Source: the human T2T-CHM13v2.0 reference genome, Homo sapiens. From it: a DNA stretch of 64,000 nucleotides. Under the pieces are notes generated by a model. The model ran no database searches, was not told the DNA's origin, and saw nothing but the letters and a program-made list of their open reading frames with translations. Location of the stretch: assembly GCF_009914755.1 (NCBI RefSeq), contig NC_060946.1; one strand, 5' to 3'. The translations under genes were made by a program, and so were the position numbers. Position 1 is the stretch's first letter. The number at the start of each line of letters is the position of its first letter. Positions 58,324 through 64,000 of this stretch are shown here, piece by piece.

Positions 58324-59199
58324 TGTATAAAACATACAGACAAAAGCAAAGCGATGCCCTATGGTCCTGGCCAGAGGCTCTGCTAGGTAAGACGGAAGGC
58401 AATGGGCGTTAGCGAGGGGTTAAAAGGCAGAAAGAGCCTGGGAGAGCCCCTGCCCTGCCGCCTCCCAATCCCTAGAGCTGAGGCCTCTACCTTACAGTAT
58501 CCCGGGAACTACCTAACGCTAGTTCAGTCCCAAAATGCTGCCCAACGACAGAATGCTCGCCTCCTTGCTTCCTCTAACACTCTGGCACACCCACTTGGTG
58601 TCGGGCCTCTATGGGCTCGCAGTGAAGCCCTGAGCCTGGGCTGCCCCTTCCCATGTGCCCCCTGCCAGCCGGCCCTCCCTCCCTTTGGGTGCCCCATCCC
58701 TCCAGTCAACTCCTAGCCGACCCTTAAGAGTCAGGTATTTGTAGCCTTCCCTGACATCCCTCCCAGGCTGTCCCACTGCCAGCAGGACGAGCCTGCCCCT
58801 CCTCCACCCTCCTTACAGCTATACCTAGCCTTGGCCATAATCACTAATGGACCAGGAAACACCCTGGCGCGCAGAGCCACCGCAAAGTGGCCCGCTCAGG
58901 CCCGCCCGGGGCTCTGGGAAGGGCTGGGGAGCCCCTGCAGAATGCCGAAAGCGAAACTACAGCAGAAGCCACGAGAGGCTGGCAGACACTCTAACCCTTC
59001 CTCCCCCCGGAAAAGGCTGAATCTCCTCACTCTAACTGGTAGGAAGGGGAATTTCGTGCTCCTCTCTCCACAGCGTGCTCCTCCACACCGCCCTGCCCAT
59101 TGCTTGCTGATGTCCCTGCTGTGTGGATCCTGGCAGGTCCCAACCCTTCTCTGAACTTCAGTTTCCTCATCTCAAGAATAATGACCACTACAGTAACAG

Positions 59200-60510
59200 C
59201 AGGTGTGCGGCCGGGACCGCCAGGACCGCACCCATCCTCAAAAGGCGCTGGCGAGGTAGGTGCTTAGTTCTTACCCCCATTTTACAGATGGAGAAACTGA
59301 GACACGGAGGTTGGGCAGCCAGCCCAGCGTCACTGAGCCAGTCAGTGGCCGGCCCGTGTTGGCTCTCGGCCACACTCCGCCTTCAGGCTCCTCCCAGGCC
59401 ACCGCGTCTGGGACCCCCGACTGTGCAGCCCGCGGGAGGGGGCGTCGCCCCCTCTCCAGTCCTCAGTGTCCGACCGCAGGGCGCGGCGCACAGTGAGCGC
59501 CCCGAAAGGCTCGGCTGGATGCAGAAGGGGTGGTTGCCGGCCCGGGCAGCTGGGTCTGAGATAACAGGGTCGCACTTGGCTGCCGAGTGCAGCCCCAAGT
59601 GGGGGGCAGGGGCGGCACCAGCATCTTAATTGTTTGGACCCAGCCGGTAAGGAGGACGCCGCGCCGCACCGCGCCGCGCCCTCCGCAGTGCAGGAGCCCA
59701 GAGGCGCCAAGGGGAACGCGCTTCCGAAGAGCCGGGCGCTGGCAACCCAGGAGCGCGCCACTAGCGTGGGCGCCGCGGATCGAAGGGATTAGACCCCACG
59801 ACCATCGGAGACCCTCGGGTGCCTGGAGGAAAGCGGGCTCCCGCAAGTCCCAGGACACCCTTCCCACACCAGGGGAGGGAGAGTGGAAAGGAGCCAGGGC
59901 TCTGGGGACACGCTCGTTGCCTGGGCTGCGCGGACCGCGGCGTGGACACCGGGGGACTGCGGGGGTCTGCACTGGGCTCGCGGCGCCGGCGGGGCGGGAA
60001 CCGATCACCCCGTGGGAGGGGGCGGAGCGCCAGGCCCCGCCCCCGCCGGCCGCGCGCACGCACGCACGGGGAGGGGCGCGCGCCGGGATTACCGGCAAAC
60101 CGAGGGGGCGGGGGCGGGGGCGGGGACAGGGACGGCGCGCGCCGGCTCCGAGATAAACACGGCCACGTGACCTCCCCGCCCCGCCCCACGGCCGGGTAAA
60201 CAAGCCCCGGCCGCCCAGCCAAAGCCCCGCCGCGCAGGGCTCGCCCTGCTGCGGTGAGGGCACGCAGTGGGAAGGGGCGCAGCGGGTGCAGGACCCCCGC
60301 CGGCCTTTCCCGGGGGGTCGGGGGAAGCGGGGTTTGGAGGCGCTGCTGAGCTGTGACGCAGGCGGCCTTGGGGCAGGTGGAACCACCCGGAACCCCGCAG
60401 AGCCAGGCCAACCCCCAAGCCCCAGTCCCCACTCCGATTTAAAGCTGCTGCACAGAAGACACAGCACGGGCTCTGGTCCAGACTGCGGGGTGCGGCCTCG
60501 TTCAGGAGAC
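59200..60510. promoter_or_regulatory. Intragenic CpG island in CBX7 intron 2
   Basis: Very high GC and CpG density, multiple GGGGCGGGG boxes, CACGTG (60164-60169), GTAAACAA (60196-60203). Confidence 0.85.
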
Positions 60511-61469
60511 GCCACCGCTCTGGGGCCTCATCCTAAAGTGGGCCCACCAGTAACCCCAGTCGTATAGGGCTGTAGTGAAGATTAGATGTGTTAAGCCACG
60601 GAAAGCATTTCGATCAGTGTGGTACACAGTGAAGGCAAATAAGCCTGAGTTAAATCAATGAAAAGCCCAGGAAGCGTAAAAGTCTGCGGCTCCTAACTCC
60701 AGTCTCCCCAGCCTGGGTGGAGACAGCTCCCACTCTGCCCCTGGCAGGGTGTTAATGAATCTTGTCTTGTCTCAGGCAATCTTCAGCAGGGCCCTGTGAG
60801 GTTAGGGCCTCATTTTTATAGGTGGGGAAAGTGAGGCACAGAGAGGTTGAGGGCTTTGCCCTGGGTCACACAGCTGTAAACCTTCAGAGGTGGAAAGCCT
60901 CAGCACTTCTCACTGAACTGGCCAAAAGGCCAGCAGGCAAGAGTCCTAGTCATCTCTAGTGGAGTTGCCTGTGTATCAGGCAGCCCGTAGTTCACATCTG
61001 CCCAGCTCTATGACCCTGGGCAAGGCCTCATTTGCTGTAGGCTTCTGTCTCTCCATCTGTAAAATGGGTTGCTATGAGTGGTTCAAAGAGTCAATGCCTG
61101 ATTCATAATAGGGGCTTATTGACAGCCTGGCCATGGCTGTGACCACTGACATCATTCCTAAAACTCCATAGGGCCACTCCTTCCAAAACGATGGAGAACC
61201 ATTCACAAGTGGGGAAGAGAGGAAGTCATTCTGGAAGGGGGAACAGCAGGGCCCTGGACAGGCTGAAATGTTATCTGGAGGCCTCAGGCACAGCTGGCAC
61301 CTGTACCTGATAATGTCACATTCCCTGTCCCGGGCCCCGAGCCCCTCCCTGTGCCATTTGCTGTGCTTTCCAGAAGAAGTAAGAGAGCCCCTCTGCCACA
61401 CTTGTTTGCTGGGGAGATAAAACAGGCAAGGCATGTAGTGGTTTAGCCTAGGCCTGGCACAAAGTGTCC

Positions 61470-61502
<33 letters not shown>

Positions 61503-64000
61503 TGGGGGACGGCGTCTCACTGTGTTGCCCAGGCTGGAGTGCAGTGGCACGATTCTCCTGTCTCAGCCTCCCAAGTAGCTGGGATTACAGGCGCACATCA
61601 CCATGCCTGGCTAATTTTTTATGCTTTTGGTAGAGACGGGGTTTTTGCCATGTTGGCCAGGCTGGTCTGGAACTCCTGACCTCAAGTGATCCGCCCACCT
61701 CAGTCTCCCAAAATGCTGGGATTACGGGCATGAACCACCATGCCCATCCCAGAGTGTCCATTTAAATCATGGTTCCTGTTACTGTTACTGAGAAGAATGT
61801 AAGTCTCCCCACCTACAGGGCAGATGCTGAGCAGGAGAATCACTACCCCACCCAGGCCGGCACTGCCCAGCCAAGGCTCCCAGGCCTGGAGGACACAGCC
61901 TGCCTAACTCCCCACCCCCCACCCTCTTTCTCAGCTTTTTCTCCAAGCAGGGCCCCCGAGGAGGGGAAGACAGAGCTGGCTCCCCTGCTTCTCCCCCAGA
62001 GTGAACCTCTGTTTCCCCCAAGTGAGGTGGGGATGGTTAGCAGCCATACCTGCCTCACTCCCAGACCGTGGTGGCACTGTGGATGGCATGAAGTGGGCAC
62101 CACAGTGCATGGGGTTGGCAGTTATATTTTTTTAAGGACCAACCCTCTCTGGGCCTCAGTTTCCCCATCTGAAAAATCAGAGGACTGGCCTAAATGATTT
62201 CTAAGGATACTTTGCACTCCTGAGAAGAATGGAATCCCTTAGGTCCCTTTCCTGACTGGGGAAAACAAAAAGAACAGCTAGGCTATCTATCTAACTTAAT
62301 CTTAAAACCAAATGTTTACTAAAGCACTTGGACTGGGCTGAACATGCATTCGCTCAATTACATCCACCCTCTCACCCTCACAGTAGCCTGCAAAGGAGGC
62401 TTCACCATCTCAACTCGAAGATGAGGAAGCAGAGACCCAGCCATGGTGGGGCCCTGTCCCAGGGCTCATGCCTGTCGGGTGGGCAGCCAGGCCTAGAACC
62501 CAGGACCAAAGTGGAGGGGGGTGAGAAGAGGCAGCCATGAGGGCCCATCTGGTGGCCTCAGCATGTTAAGAAACAAATGGGTCCCCAGGCTAGGGGCACA
62601 GCGCAACAGAAGCATCGAGGGCCTCTGCTCTGGGAGCCTCGTTCCTTCCCTCCTGACGAGCTGCAGTGGGCAGATGGATTCACATCCAGGATCAATCAAA
62701 GTGGGGGAAGGAACTTTTCATTCATAACGGCCTCTGTTTACAGAAGAGAATCTTCCAAAGAGTGGAGTCTCCAGAGGAGGAAAAATAGCCAATAGTGTCC
62801 TGAAGGCTAACAGCTGGTGGCCACAGCTTCCTGGTGCGAAGCGAGAGAGGCAGGGGTGTGCGCGCCCAGGGAGGCGGTGCTCCTGCTGCCCACTCTGGGC
62901 ATCGTCACTCCCTTTACTGCCCCCTTCACTCAGGCTGGAAGCCCACCTTCTAGCAGCTGGGTGTGGCGGGGGAGGGATTCTCCTTCAGCCCTCAGAATAT
63001 TCGGGAAGGGAGAACTGAAGTGGGGGTTGGTGTGAGGGGTGGAGTGTATTCTCGGCCTGCCAGCTCCCAACCCCTGTCATCAGGATATCCACAGGTCACC
63101 CAGAACATGTGCCCAGGCCTTTCATCCGATAGGGCCACCAAGCCTGTGAGATGAGTGCAGGGCCTGGGTTTCTGAACCCATTTTGCAGAGAGGGAAGCTG
63201 AGGCACTGTGGGCTGTCTTCCTCTCTGCTGTCTCTCCCCACCATCACCCCAGAATGCCCACAGGACCCCATACCAGGTCAGCCCCCACCAGCACAGCAAA
63301 AAGTCCCTGCCCGACAGCAGCAGCTCTGGGCAGAGGGGGTTTCCAGGAGTCAGTCTCCGGGAGGCGGGGCAGGGGGTGGGGCACCCACAGACCAATGGGG
63401 AGGCCCCACGACTAGCTCATTCCCTCCCCCTCCCAACAACTCCCTGCTGGAGGGCATTGGTGGGTTCCTGATGGGGCCTCAGCAGGAGAGGTGGAGAAGC
63501 TGGGAGGTCTCAGATACAGCTCCCTGCCTCCCAACTCCGAGATGGGAGGCTGGGAAGGCACAGAGGAGACACCTGAAAAGGAGAAGGCCTAGTTCAAGTC
63601 CCAACTCTGCCTCCACTTGCTGTGTGACCTAAGGCAAGCTGCTTACCCTCTCTGAGCCTGTTTCCTCACCTTGAGAGCGCCTGATCACACCTACCTTACA
63701 AAGCTGTATGGGAACCTGCTCTATAGACTGGAAAGTGCCGTCTAGAGGTGAGGGGGATTCAGGCTCTGCCCCTGGCCACATAGCACTGAGGACTCATGCA
63801 GCACTGTGCTTAAAGCAGCTGGGGTCCCCTCCTCCTGTCCAGCAGCCATCTCCAGTAGCCCGGATGCTGGGCCTTCACCTCCCAGTTGCCAAGAAAAGCC
63901 ACAGGGAGGGGAGGAGGGAGAGCAGAAGCTCCAACTAGCAGAGGAGCTCAACACTCAGGAGGGCAGGGTGAGAAGAGAAGCTGGAGACCCACCTTGACCC

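Noticed and set aside
59463-60515. 350-aa and other long overlapping ORFs
   Set aside because: Expected from stop-codon scarcity in a CpG island; low-complexity P/R/G/A content with no recognisable domain.

Overview
Human DNA, recognisable as the distal end of the APOBEC3 cluster on chr22q13.1. It contains the last three exons of APOBEC3G (+), all of APOBEC3H (+), and exons 3-6 plus the 3' UTR of CBX7 (-). APOBEC3H here is the stable haplotype II allele (N15 R18 R105 D121 D178), including the L1-derived SV200 exon and the NAGNAG SV182/183 acceptor. Between A3G and A3H lies a decayed, intron-containing Z2-type APOBEC3 gene relic: two clear pseudo-exons with their internal splice sites intact, plus a probable third. 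It sits where the Z2 half of the Z2-Z3 APOBEC3 of other mammals would be. Between A3H and CBX7 are a deeply nested ERV/LTR/L1/Alu pile, a COX5B processed pseudogene, a strong CTCF motif and a HERV-H-type solo LTR abutting the CBX7 3' end. The COX5B copy is co-oriented with CBX7 and has an in-frame candidate splice acceptor and its own poly(A) signal, so it could serve as a chimeric terminal exon. CBX7 intron 2 holds a CpG island. Most ORFs in the supplied track are Alu or GC-content artefacts. Repeat family names come from recalled consensus sequences and need RepeatMasker/Dfam confirmation.
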